Origin: the human T2T-CHM13v2.0 reference genome, Homo sapiens
Length of the DNA: 64,000 nt
Reading direction: 5' to 3' (one strand)
Assembly (NCBI RefSeq): GCF_009914755.1
Contig: NC_060927.1
Shown: piece by piece, positions 30,376-43,779 of the stretch
Layout: each line of letters begins with the position of its first letter
How positions within the stretch are numbered: the first letter of the stretch is position 1
Notes under the pieces: model-generated
Told to the model about the DNA's origin: nothing
Seen by the model: only the letters and a program-made list of their open reading frames with translations
Databases searched by the model: none
Translations under genes and position numbers: made by a program

Positions 30376-30790
30376 TAAATTATAAAATTATTTGCAATTT
30401 TACTGATAACAAGGATAAGAAACTTTCTGCAATACATCCAGAGGTATTCATTTTCATGTGCTTTTATAGATAATACTTTAATTAACATATGAAGGGCATG
30501 ATATGTTTTGTAAATATTAAGAAAATAGAATATAGGATAGAAATATGGAAGTATATGTATTGGAACTAATATAAATAGAAATTTATATATAAAGAATAAA
30601 AACCATTATTTAGTGTTACCTAGCATTAATTGGTGTATTGATACAAGATTGATGTTCAAGTCAAACTGAAAAGTAATATTTTATTACTAGAAGATAACTC
30701 ATTTTGTTTGAGAGAGCAGTGCTATTTGTTTCAGAGAATTAGTTCAATGTTTTAAAAAAAAATACTCTCCCTCCCCTTCCCCCCAGCCTC

Positions 30791-30935
30791 AAATACCTAA
30801 TGCCTGCAGGGCTTAAAACCTAGATGACTGGTTGATAGGTGCAGCAAACCACATGGTACATGTATACCTATGTAACAAACCTGCACATTCTGCACATGCA
30901 TCCCAGAAATTAAAGTAAAATAAAAAATAAATTTT
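30791..30935 (+). mobile_element. L1PA (7/8-like) 3' terminal fragment
   Basis: gggcttaaaacctagatgactggttgataggtgcagcaaaccac...acctatgtaacaaacctgcacattctgcacatg followed by an A-rich tail. Confidence 0.9.
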
Positions 30936-31293
30936 AAAAAGACAAAATAAAGGGAAAAAGCTGCTTATAGAAATAAAGGTTTCCAAATTGTTAATTAAAA
31001 TAATATCCTAATTTCTACAAATCTTGTCTCCATGTATCATTCAGTATAATTTATAACCACCTTATTCTACAGTTTGCATTTCTATCCTAAACTTCTCACT
31101 CTTTCTAAATATTCTATGATCCTACATTCCCCCATGCTTTTATATTTTGTTATTGCAGGATGGGAAGTTCCTTAATTACATTTCCCCCACACATATAGAA
31201 ATATTGACTACCCTTTAAGACATATCTCACAATGTCTAGTCTTCCAAAATGTCTTTGCTGATTCTTAATTAAGACCTTTCTTTTTAGCTCCTT

Positions 31294-31523
31294 TGTAATG
31301 GTGGGGTTTCCCAGAAGTCAAGTTTCCTCAGTGGTGACATAAATCTACTGTGTGAGAAGCATCTACCTGGACCAACCTACAAATCAGCCCCCTGGGGAAG
31401 TGCTTCCTGCTGTGAGAAATAAATCCAGGAATTCTGGGTCTTCTGTCTGCATCTATGAACCTGTGCAGGCTAATTTCTTAGTTTCCAAGTAGAGTAAAAT
31501 CTCAGAACCCACAGTTTCTGATA
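31294..31523 (+). mobile_element. ERV1 LTR remnant (MER34/MER39-like), internally deleted
   Basis: Ends caagtagagtaaaatctcagaacccacagtttctgata, like the MER34-group 3' end. Starts TGT. Confidence 0.55.
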
Positions 31524-31759
31524 ATACATACCCATATATTTTCTAAATTTTTCTGTTGAGATGACCTACAACGAAGGAAATAAAATAATCCTGATCGTGC
31601 CTAGCATATAGATTGTGATGTTTACATACTCTTCCACATTCAAAGGAAGCATGGCTTCTTTAAGAAAATGCTGCATCTAGTGCTGGTATCCTGACAGATA
31701 TTAGAGAGGAAAAATCTTCCTAATGCACAGAGAAATTAAGGAAGTGCTAAAAAATGATG

Positions 31760-32020
31760 GTAGCAACCTTAACAAAGTGATTATATTTTAACATTACTAA
31801 TTTGAGAGCCAGTCAATATCACTTGTCTCCCAATACCTGTATACGACACTGAGAAGGACACATCACTTTAGTAGAATTCCTGCCTAAATTATATCACCTA
31901 AATGTAATCATGTGAAAATATCAATACAAGACATCCTGCGATATAAAAGGCCTGTGCGTTAAGAAAAATAAAGGTCACAGAAAAAAGAAACTCTGAGGAA
32001 TCAGTCTAGACAGAATGAGC
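31760..32020 (+). mobile_element. L1MC4/L1ME 3'UTR fragment
   Basis: cactgagaaggacacatcactt...aatgtaatcatgtgaaaatatc...ctgaggaatcagtctagac. Confidence 0.65.
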
Positions 32021-32459
32021 CTGTATCATAATTACCCATTATAGACTGGGTATTGATGGCCTGCCAAGTCATAATGTCTACTGAGCCCAGCATCAGATGG
32101 AAATGGTACAACTTAGATTAAGCATGAATAGGACCGGAGGAGGCACGTAAGCTACATGAGCTGGTAGCCAAGACTGCCATGCATTTGTATCATTATCCTC
32201 CCAGGGCTTGGACTTATTGCCACATTGGGTGGTCCATCTGAGTAGCTGAAGATGGATGTAAAGCCCCAGCTAGGTTTATGGGTGGGTTGGCCTAATATGG
32301 ATGAGCAAGCTGAAAAAGTATAGCAGCAGCCTCACAACCATATTCTAGTATGGCCCTGAGTGATATTAGAGGAGGGAAATCTTCCTAACAGGCAGAGCTG
32401 AGAGCAGTGCACCTGGTCACCTACTTTGTACGTAAGAAGACGTGGCCTGAGGTGAGAAA

Positions 32460-32586
32460 ATATATATATATATGTGTATATATATATGTGTGTATATATA
32501 TATGTATATATATATGTATATATACACATATATATTCTCAGTAAGTGGCTATATATATATATATACACATATATATATATATATAT

Positions 32587-32628
<42 letters not shown>

Positions 32629-32630
32629 TT
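32460..32630. repeat. (TA)n/(TG)n microsatellite with a duplicated 15-mer
   Basis: Two TA-rich arrays, each followed by ttctcagtaagtggc. Confidence 0.93.
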
Positions 32631-32844
32631 TCTCAGTAAGTGGCAAATGGCCTAACCTGGTCAGGGGCCTAGAAGACAAAAGCCTAGAACACTGGAGGAA
32701 ACAAAGTCTAGGATAAAATTTCATGTGCAAATATATGGAAGTGCTCAGAAAGTATGAAAATGTTTATATCACATATTAATGTCCAAATATCTATCTATCT
32801 CTCTATCTATACCCAAATGAACAAGTGCTGGGCATCTAGTAGAC

Positions 32845-33048
32845 CAGAGGTCAGCAAATATTTTCTGTAATGGACAGATAACTATTTTAGGTTTTTCAGG
32901 CTACATATTATCCCTGTCACATATTTGTTTTTGTTGCTTGTTTGTTTACAAGCCATTAAAAATATGAAAATCATTCTTAATTCCTGGTCTGTAAAAAAAT
33001 AGGATATAAGCTAAATTAGGCCTGTAGATCATAGTCATCTGACTCCTG
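32845..33048. mobile_element. MER58 (hAT-Charlie MITE)
   Basis: TIRs cagaggtcagcaaat / catctgactcctg. 8-bp TSD tagtagac/aagtagac. Confidence 0.85.
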
Positions 33049-33718
33049 AAGTAGACAGATGGCTCAGTCAGTTGACATTAGCCAGCCTTTGTCATCAGCC
33101 ACCTTAGAACTAGCACTATGGACAAATAAATCATGTGGCCACAGTGGCTGAAAGGGAGGCCAGGAATGCAGGTGGTAGGGAGGAGATAATCCCTGATGAG
33201 TTGAAGAAGAATATTTTGGGAAAGGACATGTAAATTAAACTTGGTAGCTTTTACATTGGGTTGCTTGGGGAAAAGCCTGATGGTCGAAATGTAATGTATA
33301 TTGTTTTTTAAAAAATTGAATATTATTATCTTTGACATGTGATTAGAATTATAAAGAAATTCTAATGTGTTATAGTATTAATCACAATTGCCTTTAGATG
33401 CATATTTACCATAGTCTACATTTCTTGCTTACTCAATTCTTGCTTCCTTCTCTACTTGAATCTTCTTTTAGAAGCATAAACTGAGTTAACAACCTGATAA
33501 ATGAAGTAAGTTCTATTTACCAACTTGGAAAATTATACCTGTGTGAGTACACAATACTTGGATTCACTGACATGCCAAAATGAACATTATGGGGTTGTAA
33601 GAGTTGGACTCCAACACTTTTCTCCTCACTCTAGTTTTTTTTTCCACATCCTGAGGTGCCTTGCAGACATGTATATGGGCACCCATATCTGCCCACAATC
33701 TTAAAAACAACCACGATT

Positions 33719-34013
33719 GGCCAGGTGTGGTGGTTCACACCTGTAATCCTAGCACTTTGGGAGGGCGAGGTGGGCGGATCACTTGAGGTCAGGAGTTCAA
33801 GACCAGCCTGGCCAACAGGGTGAAACTTCGTCTCCACTAAAAATAAAAAAAATTAGCCGGGCACAGTGGCATGTTCCTGTAATTCCAGCTACTCGAGTGA
33901 CTGAGGCAGGAGAATAGCTTGAACCCAGGAGGGGAGGTTGCAGTGAGCCGAGATTGCACCACTGCACTCCAGCCTAGGTGACAGAGTGAGAATTTATCTC
34001 AAAAAAAAAAAAA
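33719..34013 (+). mobile_element. AluSz/Sx-like SINE without TSD
   Basis: Full dimer. Its 3' flank is a copy of the flank of the Alu at 6789. Confidence 0.94.
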
Positions 34014-34194
34014 TCTTCTTCAAAATACTTATTAATTACTCTGATGTTTGTAACAAATATCTGCCAATTCTTTGGTACTGTTCCTTCCAGGATATGGAGT
34101 TCAGCATCCTGGAAGGAGCTGAGTATAGGCTTGACTGAGTATAGGTTTAGCTTACAACTCATTTACGATGAAATGGGTATGGACATAGACAAAT
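34010..34194 (+). repeat. Dispersed duplicate of 7081-7246
   Basis: By hand count, 86 of 94 bases match in the first block (7081-7174 vs 34010-34103). A near-identical block cttacaactcatttac...ggacataga follows. Confidence 0.93.
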
Positions 34195-34196
34195 GT

Positions 34197-34389
34197 TGAT
34201 TCTCCAGCCTCAGCCCCCTGAGTAGCTGGGATTGCGGGTGCCCACCACCACACCAGGCTAAGTTTTTGTATTTTTAGTAGAGATGGGGTTTTACCATGTT
34301 GCCCAGGCTGGTCTCGAACTCCTGACCTCAAGTGATTTGCCCACTTCGGCCTTGCTGGGATTACAGGCATGAGCCACCACACCCAGTCC
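34197..34389 (-). mobile_element. 3'-truncated AluS
   Basis: Antisense Alu beginning mid right arm (tgattctccagcctcagcc), with no tail. Confidence 0.9.
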
Positions 34390-35402
34390 TTTTAAAAAAA
34401 AAAAAATTCCCTAGTGCCGTTTAACTTATGAGCAGTTACAGATACAAATATTTTGAAATAACATCGGTTCCTCTATGCAGAGTATTGTAGCCAATTTTTA
34501 ATGTTTTACTTGTTCTTGCAATCTATTCAATACCTCATTACAAATATTTCCTGATCACCCATTGTATATAAGACATGTTCTAGATAGAGGTGACATACTA
34601 TGTGCTGGATTCAAAGCAATGAAAGAGCTTGCATATTTTCATTAGGAATCTACCATTTGGAGTACCTTCAAATTGCAATATCACTGAGCCATAGGCTATC
34701 TTTTGACAGATTTCAACAGTTAAGTTCTATATTCAGACTCAAAACACACAAATGTGAAATATTTTTGTTTTCTTCTTATGTGTGCAATGTTATTAATGCA
34801 AATATGCAGATGAGAGTAATCTACTTTATCGAAAATACACAGGGAAGCAAGACCTTGAGAAACTGGGGATTCCTGCTATATTCCACAAGGCCATAAAGAA
34901 GATACCTTATTTTTTACAGACATTAAGAATAAAATGTCTTTAGAACAGGATGATTAATTCTATTCTAGGAGAGAAATAAATCCACTTATGTAAAACAAGA
35001 ACAGTTTTACTTTGTGGATTTTGAGTATTGGACATATTGGTGTTAGACCAACAGATGAGTAAATTAAGCTGAATACCAAAAAAATAATAAGTATCTAAAA
35101 ATTTTGTTAAATGCAATGTTGATCAGGTCAAGGGTTTTGAGAAAGACAAATTTGAAGCATAAAAAGCAGAACTATTTTTGAACCTCATATTTATGCATGA
35201 GTGTACTGTATTAAGGAAATGGTCAAAAATTAAGTTACAAAATTTGTCATAATAAAAGGTTATAAATCAAGACTATTCACAAGATCAAAGAGGAAACAAA
35301 ATGTTAGAAGACAAAGTTTTAGAGATTTAAAGTGTCCTGGGTAAGTCTCCTAATGGTTTTGAAGTACATACCAAGTGTTTCTTAATTTTAGTCTTGTCAC
35401 TC

Positions 35403-35713
35403 TTTTTTTTTTTTTTTTTTTTTTTTGGTGGAGTCTCACTCTGTTGCCCAGGCTGGAGTGCAGTGGCTCTATCTTGGCTCACTGCAACCTCTGCCACCTG
35501 GGTTCAAGTGATCCTCCTGCCTCAGCCTCCTGAGTAGCTGGGATTACAGGCTCCTGCCACTGTACCCGGTTAATTTATTTTTTTTTTGTATTTTTAGTAT
35601 AGATGGAGTTTCATCATGTTGGTCAGGCTGGTCTTAAATTTCTGACCTCGTGATCCACCCGCCTCAGCCTCCCAAAGTGCTAGGATTACAGGCGTGAGCC
35701 AACGAGTCTGGCC
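35403..35713 (-). mobile_element. AluSg-like SINE
   Basis: ctgacctcgtgatcc diagnostic. TSD cttgtc(a/g)ctctt. Confidence 0.94.
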
Positions 35714-37379
35714 AACTTGTCGCTCTTAATTGCATAATTAATAAGGCATTTTAAGTACCCTCAGGAAAAAGAGTTGGTAAACATTATAGATTTTCACCAG
35801 GGTGCCACTTTATTATAGTTTAATTACTTTGGAGATGCTTATAGACAGAGTTTTCATGAAGATGAGCCTCAATGCAGTTGGGTGGGACCAGAAATTCCTC
35901 TATAACAATTCATTTTTGTCAACACACAGATGAAATAAACAAGATCTAAGTGAGATAATGAAGCTCACGTAATTTTTTTTCTAGGTGACATCTCTTCCTT
36001 TGCACATAATGTTTGGTTTCCAGTAATAGCAGCATCTTCCAGCGCCTATTCTTTCTATTTAAAACAGGATGCTTTCAAAATGGGACTTTTCAAGGTTAAA
36101 CTTTTCTATTTCTAGCATAATGTTTTAAAAGGTCTTATATATTTCACTAAAAAATAATTGTTGCAAGAATCTGGAAGGAGCAGTAGGACATCTTCTGGGA
36201 AGGGAATCATGTCTATTGTCCCTGAAATAATATGTGCATTCCTGACCTTGTGGGTATACTTGCTTTAATCTACTTTCATTTTTTGAGAGGGTTGGGTGAA
36301 AGGTCTATCTGTCCTTATCTGACCTGTGGTGCTCAGCTTTACTGATTGAAAATAAATCTCACCTGCATCTGCCTGCTTCTTATCATCCTCCTATTGCTTT
36401 TTTTCTTTCCCTTCCTGAAAAAAGTCATTTGCCAATATCTACTTCAAATGCTAAAGCCTAGTGTTACCCTGCTTCCACTCACAGTACACTTGAGCAGGGA
36501 GCGGATGATGTGCAATCGCATTCTTAGGTATGATGCTGGATTAGGGCAGAACTGCTAGAATAAAATTCCCCTGGAAGATCACAGGGCACCAGATCTTATA
36601 AATAAAGATGTTCTTTAAATAAAAATAAAATAAATTAAAATGTATCCAGTCTCATAAGTTGTTAAAAAATCAATAACATTGTATTTTAAATCAGTAACTT
36701 GCCTAACATTATTTAAATTATTCAGAATATTCTTCATATGAAAAATAACTTTAATTAAAGTTAATATAATCAACTTTGGTGAATCTATAAAATGTCGCTG
36801 TCAGTTGGTAGATTATTATAAATATTTTTATTAACTTATAGATAAACTTATTTACATTCTATAAATAATAACTTTACTAAAATTTATTTGAAAACTGTAT
36901 GTTATGAAATTTTTATGTTTGAAAATAAGCAATTAAATTTCCTATTGAATGTGCAAATGTGAAAAATCTGTGTAAGATGAGATAAATGAATAAGCTTGTG
37001 CAATAAATACATGTATTTCAAGATGTATAGAAAAATTATACCTGGTTGTGTTTGTTGAGAAATTAATTTCTTTAAGTGACATTTTATGTTTTAGGATGGA
37101 CAAGTCAGGAAAGAGTCCTGTAACCTTTATTACTCAATTAAGATATAACATCTGAATTCCTCCAGGATGGATTGAGCTAGAAATGTCAAAAGAGCAAGGG
37201 GCAGCTAGTGGTATATCATGAAATCATGGGTGAAATGTTAATCAATGCAATTCTCTCATGAAGATAAGTGGTGATTGGAGGAATATATGGCAATGATATA
37301 AGAAAAATGGCTAGTGAGCAGAACAAATGGTATTGTTTATGGGGAAATAATCCTAATCATAATAAACTATAAGTAATAG

Positions 37380-37565
37380 ATCATTTAATCTCGGCAAACA
37401 CATTGTGAACTATTTCGCGTATGTTATCTCATTAAATTATTGCACCAAACTTATAATTAAAATAAACAACTAAAGAAACTAAGACTTAGGGAATTTAAAT
37501 AAAGTATCCATGTTCTCAGAATGGTTTTGAACCTAGAATTTATTCTAGACTTTTCACTATCCAGT
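37380..37565 (-). mobile_element. MIR fragment
   Basis: ttatctcattaaatt...aaagaaactaagacttagggaatttaaataa. Confidence 0.5.
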
Positions 37566-38029
37566 GTATACACACAACTGATATGCTAGTGCCTCCTTAG
37601 CCACCACAGCACACTACAGTCTTCTATTTGTATTTTTTCACTAATATTCTATATTCTACATATCTTGATAGAGCAAATATGATCTCAGATATTTTCTACA
37701 GTTTGGTATTTTATATTCAGATATTTTGTACAGTTTGCTAAAATTAATTTGCACTAATAAATTAATTCAATGCAACAAATACTTTTTTTTCTGGCACAAA
37801 TGTTGTTTAATCCAATGCTGTCTACTTATTGTCTGAATCCCTGAAGCTGCAAGTGGCCTGTGTAATTAATATACAGGAGACTATGCTTAAGGAACATGCC
37901 TTAAAATTATAATTATCAGATTCAAGTTGATACAGTGTCATAATCACATGACATTTCCCTAGTCTATTTCTACGCTACTCGCCATAATAATTTTATACTT
38001 TTTTTCTTTGCTTCAAACTTTCATCATCT

Positions 38030-38630
38030 CTTTTTCCATCCTCTTACTCAGCTGAAATTGTTGCTTCCTATTTCACAATAGAAAGAAACAGGAGTTAGAA
38101 GTGGGTTTCCCAATGACTTACCATCACGTCTAACACTTCACCTCTTATCTGCATTCGTATCTTACTTCTCAAGTATTACTATGAGTGAATTGCCCAAGTT
38201 CCTATTCAAAGAAATACCTTCATTTTATTTTTGCACAAGATCCAACATTCTTGTTTTTAAAGGATAAACTCTGGCAATGTTCCTTTCTCACCTGTATCAT
38301 GGATTTCCTCCTTGTGACCTGAATCAATGTAATCGTCATACAAACATGCTTAACTTCTTCCCTTAAAAAAGGCCATCTCCAACACTGGCCCATTTCTCCA
38401 TTCTTTGCTCATTCTGGTTTGAAAACTCAAGCATCTGTCCTTGTCAGTCCACAGAAACTGACATCCATTTTGTTAAGTTGGATGGTCAATTCTCAGCTAC
38501 ATTATTTGCCTTCATTTAGCAGCTTTAGAACTCCCAGCTCAATCTGTCCTCGTTGAAGCTTTTTTTTTTTTTTAACTACCACAATAATACACCATCTTGA
38601 TTTTACTTCAAATTCACTGAGTGCTTTTCT
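38030..38630 (+). mobile_element. L2 ORF2-region fragment
   Basis: ttgcttcctatttcacaatagaaa and ggtcaattctcagc...agcagctttaga are L2a-like motifs. Confidence 0.6.
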
Positions 38631-40684
38631 TTTTCATTTGGTAATAAAATAAAATTCCCTTGAAGTAAGTTTTATTGTGGTTTATCCATGATTTGAGTTG
38701 GCTTAGATTTGTGTATACTTAATTTAACATTACAAACAAATGAAGTATGAATAATTAAATATATATTTGGAAAAGTATGATTAGAAATAATAGAAATCTA
38801 ACATAATTTTTCCTAGACTTTTTCTCAAATATACCATATACTTATTAAAGAGGATAAGTGTAAAATCTAAAGAACATGACAAATAGCCTCAGGATTGAAT
38901 GCCAAGTGATTCCATGTAGAAAACATTTATAATATATACACTTGTGTGCATATGACTAAGAGATTATATGCACACAGGTGTAAATATTATGAGTGTTCTA
39001 GATATAAAATAAAAGTATACAAGTAATATAGGCATTATGTATTAATTAACAAAATCTTATCTTACATTAGAATTATATTGCACATATATTCATGTTGCTT
39101 ATTTGACATCAGCACAACCAAATTTTCTCTCTTACCTTTCACATGAGTTTCTAAGAATTCAGTTCTTCCCCATACTAAATCTGCAAGACTAAGTTTTTCT
39201 AAATTAAACTCATTAACTTTATTAATATTAAATTTGGCTTTCGTATCTTTAGTCTATTTAAAACTTTAAACATAAATGTACTAGTCTTCATAATAACTCT
39301 TCCACATATTTGATAATCCTACATTTGTTATTATTTACAGTAATAATAAAACAACTTGATAGAATACTGTCAAAGAATGACTACCAGTAAATATCACAGG
39401 CAAAGTTTGTACAGGTCGAATCGTTAATTATATGTCTTCAAAGATTTAAATCTAGTTAAATGTACAAATTAGTTGATTGTACTATTTTCTAGCTTGGGGG
39501 TTGTTCTTTCTATACACAAACAACTTTGTATCAATAATCTTGTCTAAAACAAAATAAATAATATTTTGGTATAACTTTTTCTTTAAGGAACAAGTTATAG
39601 CTTATTTATTGTTTCTCTCTTCTAAGTATTTACACTATTTCTACATTTGTTCAATTTTTTAATTCACTCAACAAAATGGATTCACTACCTACTATGTGTG
39701 AAATTCTACTGTTGGTATAAATGAGGTCTCTATTATCATGTACTTTATCTTCTAAAGTAAAGGTATATGTCAAAATAGTTTGACACTAATAAGCTCACCC
39801 TGAATTGCTTATATGAGGAACATTGATATTTATTTGGCAAAATGTATTGGTCTGCAGGCTTTCTTTTCCTGATAATATATTTCATACTAAAAAATAAACT
39901 CTTACATTTGGTACATTACTTATAACCCTTTATTATGTAGATTAATTTCACTTCTCCTCAACTAGGAAGGCCATAGATTTTTTTTCCATAAAAAATAAGA
40001 CAAATCATAGTAAGTATATAAGTCTTTAAGTAGTTGTACATTGGAATATTCATCAATTATATTTTATATTACATAATGAAACACACCTTATCAATGACTG
40101 ATGACCAAATAGATATGTAGATAAGGGAACAGAGCACCAGAACATCTCTCTGTCTTTTTATATCCCTCTTTCTTTCTTTCATATGATATTTGAAATGTAG
40201 AGATTCATATTAAATAGTTAAAAAAATGTCTTTTTGTCTTCCTGTGTAATCCACATTCATTTTAGTATCAGTTACCTGCCTATAACAAAGTATTGTTGGT
40301 TTGGACTAATTTTATTTTTATTAGTATGATCATTGTTATTGTTGCTCTTGACCCTCAAGAGCTTTTTATGTGTCCATCAATGCTCACTTTATTCATTAGA
40401 CTAATCAACTGTATAATTGTCAACTAAGTGTAGAAGTTTTAGACAGATATTTGACTCATCTGTTTAGCTGGATATATTCTGAAAATGAACGCTGGAAACA
40501 TCTGCACTCCTAAAGAGATTTCCCAGTGCAGTGAAGTTTAACTGCAATTGTTGGATGCCTCTAAATTTGCCTGTAACTGACTGAGGAATAGAGAATGATC
40601 TTTAAAATGTTTCTAATAAAATTATTCTGAAACACCACAGGTAGAGTTTCTAGAGAAGTTGGATTGTATTTCAGTCTAAAATAA

Positions 40685-40732
<48 letters not shown>

Positions 40733-41028
40733 GAGATGCAGTTTCGCTCCTGTTGCCCAGGCTGAAGTGCAATGGCTCACTCTTGGCTCATTGCAACCTC
40801 TGCCTCCCAAATAGCTGGGCAGAGGTTCAAGTGATTCTCCTGTCTCTGCCTCCCAAATAGCTGGAATTACAGGTGTGAGCTACCACATCCAGCAAATTTT
40901 TATATTTTTAGTACAGACGGGGTTTCACCATGTTGGCCAGGCTGGTCTCGAACTCCTGACCTCAGGTGGTCCACCGGCCTCGACTTCCCAAAGTGCTGGG
41001 ATTACAGGCGTGAGCCACTGCACCTGGC
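40685..41028 (-). mobile_element. AluSq-like SINE with (ATT)16 tail and an internal micro-rearrangement
   Basis: Antisense dimer. ATT array at 40685-40732. Confidence 0.94.
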
Positions 41029-43779
41029 CAATTATTTTCCTTTATGATTTTTTAAAACCACATGCTACTGTAGTTGTTTATTTGTCTTTATCTTTCTTTT
41101 AGAATATAACATGCCATTCTTTGCTATTCAACCTATAATTATGCTCTTTTATTAATTTTTCTGATGATTCTTGTTTAGTTTTGCTTCCTATTGCACAGTA
41201 ACTTGGTGAAGCATACCCTTCAGAGCAATGAACATATAGTATAGCATGAAATGGTGGAGGTTGTTAGGTGAACATTTGAACTCAGATTACAATTGTGTGG
41301 GAACCGGAAGACAAGCATAATCTGGTGTGATGAAGCTTAGCAATGACATGGCTGTCAGAAAAGTCAAACTCTTTGAGAAGTGCCAAGGGTAAATGGGAGA
41401 GAATTATCCACAATATATGCTGCAGCAAAGAATAGAGAATGCAATTTTATGAGAAAAAAATGGTTATAAAAGAAAGAAATAGGCTACTTTATGAGAAGAA
41501 TGAAAATATCTATTGTCTAAAATTTTGTAACAATCATAATCAATGAGACCTTTTCTGCTGTCATGAAATTAGAAGCACCTGCTGTTGCTGGTAGTAACAA
41601 TTCCTGACCCTAATATGTCAAATAGATTTTTCAAGCATTGAAAATTACTGTTGTCATGGAGAACTGCAACTGCCCATGAATAAAATAACTTTTTTTGTAA
41701 TATTAAGAACAGTTTAAAGTGTTGCTTTTTAATATGTTACCATCACCAAAGACAATTACTTATGTCTCTGTGATAAAGTTTGCTGTGCAATCTAATAATT
41801 TTTACTATATGAGAAAAATTAATCTAGTCAATATTCTGTAGTTGGGTAATTGATTTTAAATTATGCATTGTTTTCAATGTTTCAATTTTGTATCAGTTAT
41901 GTAAGGTAGTGTATCTATTACCATTAAAATGACTTAAGCAGCATTTCAAAGGAAATAGCTTTGATTAATTAGATATAAATTGTATTTTTTTAAAAAAACA
42001 GTAAATGATATGAGGTTAAAAGAATAACATTTAGATGAGATAAAAAGGTTAAAATGTATATGATTATGAAGCATTAAATTTAGTGGAGCACTATGTTAAA
42101 GTTAATATTTTTCTTGTTATTTTTTGCAACACAACATGAAAAAAGGGTATGTTTAAGAAATTAGTTTCTTTTTGCTATTATAATTGAAGATGTTAAAAAA
42201 TTTGAAAGATAACAAATAGCACAATTGAATAAACACAGCTATCAATGTAAGTCATTTATTTCTAGTTTATCCATTCAGTATAAATATATTGAGCAACTAA
42301 CGTGTCACTGGCAGATATGGCACTGAACAAATCTGAAAAAATATCTCTGCCCTTATGGGTCTTACATAATTTTATTACATATAATTATATGTTAATTAGT
42401 TACATTTTACACTAAATATTTTTATTATTATTTCTTTGCCAGAGACATATTTGGTATTAGATTGTAAAATCTATGAAACTTACTATTATAATACACATCA
42501 CTCCAAAACATTCTATACCTCAATTGTGACACTGGTTACATGGATATATATACTTGCCAAAAGGCATTAAATGGCATGGTTAAAACTTACAATTAAACTT
42601 AATTATTAGAACTATAAAATTAAAATTACATTTAAGGTACGTAAATTACAACTCAGTAATGTAGTTTTGTAAATACTTGATGAAAATATTTTTATTTATT
42701 TATATACAATAGTAACTACTTACATACACATATCTAAATTTCACATATACATATATACATTTATATATACATATATAGAAATTATATATATATAGAAAAA
42801 ATTTTAAAAAGAGAGTGAGGAAATATATTTTGATAACATTTGGGAATTCTAGGTCAAAGTGTATTTGTTGTATGTATCTTAAGGTTATCACTTATATTTA
42901 AAACAAAGTTACTTTATCTCTGTATGCCCTTCAGATTCCCACTATTACTTTACTGAGGTTATTAACAGACAACATGGGAAAGGCCTCATATGAACTTTGG
43001 ATGATTTATATAAAAACAAAATTCTATTGTCTTGCTAGGGTTATAGTTACCTTTCATTAGATCTTTCATGTTTAGGAATATTTTATAAAATATTTTTGCA
43101 AAGAAGTTAAGAAAAATAATTTTTTTTCTATCTATTTGATACTCATTAAGCTCTCAGTTATATTGTTTAAAAAAACCTACAAGGGACATATCTTAACTGT
43201 GAGTAATGACAGAACCATTTCAAAAGAGAATTTATAGCTGAAGCCTCTGAGAGTAGCTAAGTCTGTGCCACAAATTATAAATGATCGGGATTAAGAGTAA
43301 TCAAGGCAGAGAAGAAGCAATACAGAAGCTGTTGACCTGACTCCTTTTCACTGATTCAAATAAACCAGTATGACCCAGAAACAGACTTATCAGCATTACC
43401 CTGAGATAAGAATGATTCAAATGTCACAATACTAACAAATGAAATAGGAAAGAAAACATATTTCTATTGTTTTCTTAAGATTGTTTTAAAAAGTAACACA
43501 AGGCCTTACGTCATAATTACATAAAAGTGAAGGCAGGAATATGTCATGTCATATGAGAAAATAGACAAGAAAATCAGTATGGGTTACTGAGAACAAGCTT
43601 TCCAAGACATGAATAATTATAATTTTTAGTAATACCAATTTCCTATCCTGGCTCTGTTGCTATAAATTACCCGTTGTCTCTTTTTTAGTCCCTTTGTTTC
43701 TACTTCCCACTCCCTCTTCTGTATCCCATTAAATATCGACTTGTACTTCAGAATGTAGCTCATCTCTTTTCTCCTCCAG

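Larger units (their letters stand above)
32025..33180 (+). mobile_element. ERVL internal pol fragment (RNase H to integrase N-terminus), degenerate
   Basis: Translates near 32375-32460 as [27 protein letters not shown], matching the ERVL RNase H motif. Interrupted by an STR and MER58. Confidence 0.8.

Noticed and set aside
31700-32400. Similarity of gatattagagaggaaaaatcttcctaa to gatattagaggagggaaatcttcctaa
   Set aside because: Short and gapped. The second is ERVL RNase H and the first borders L1-like sequence, so chance cannot be excluded.
43077-43094. 18-bp palindrome aatattttataaaatatt
   Set aside because: A/T-only sequence in very AT-rich DNA, plausibly chance.
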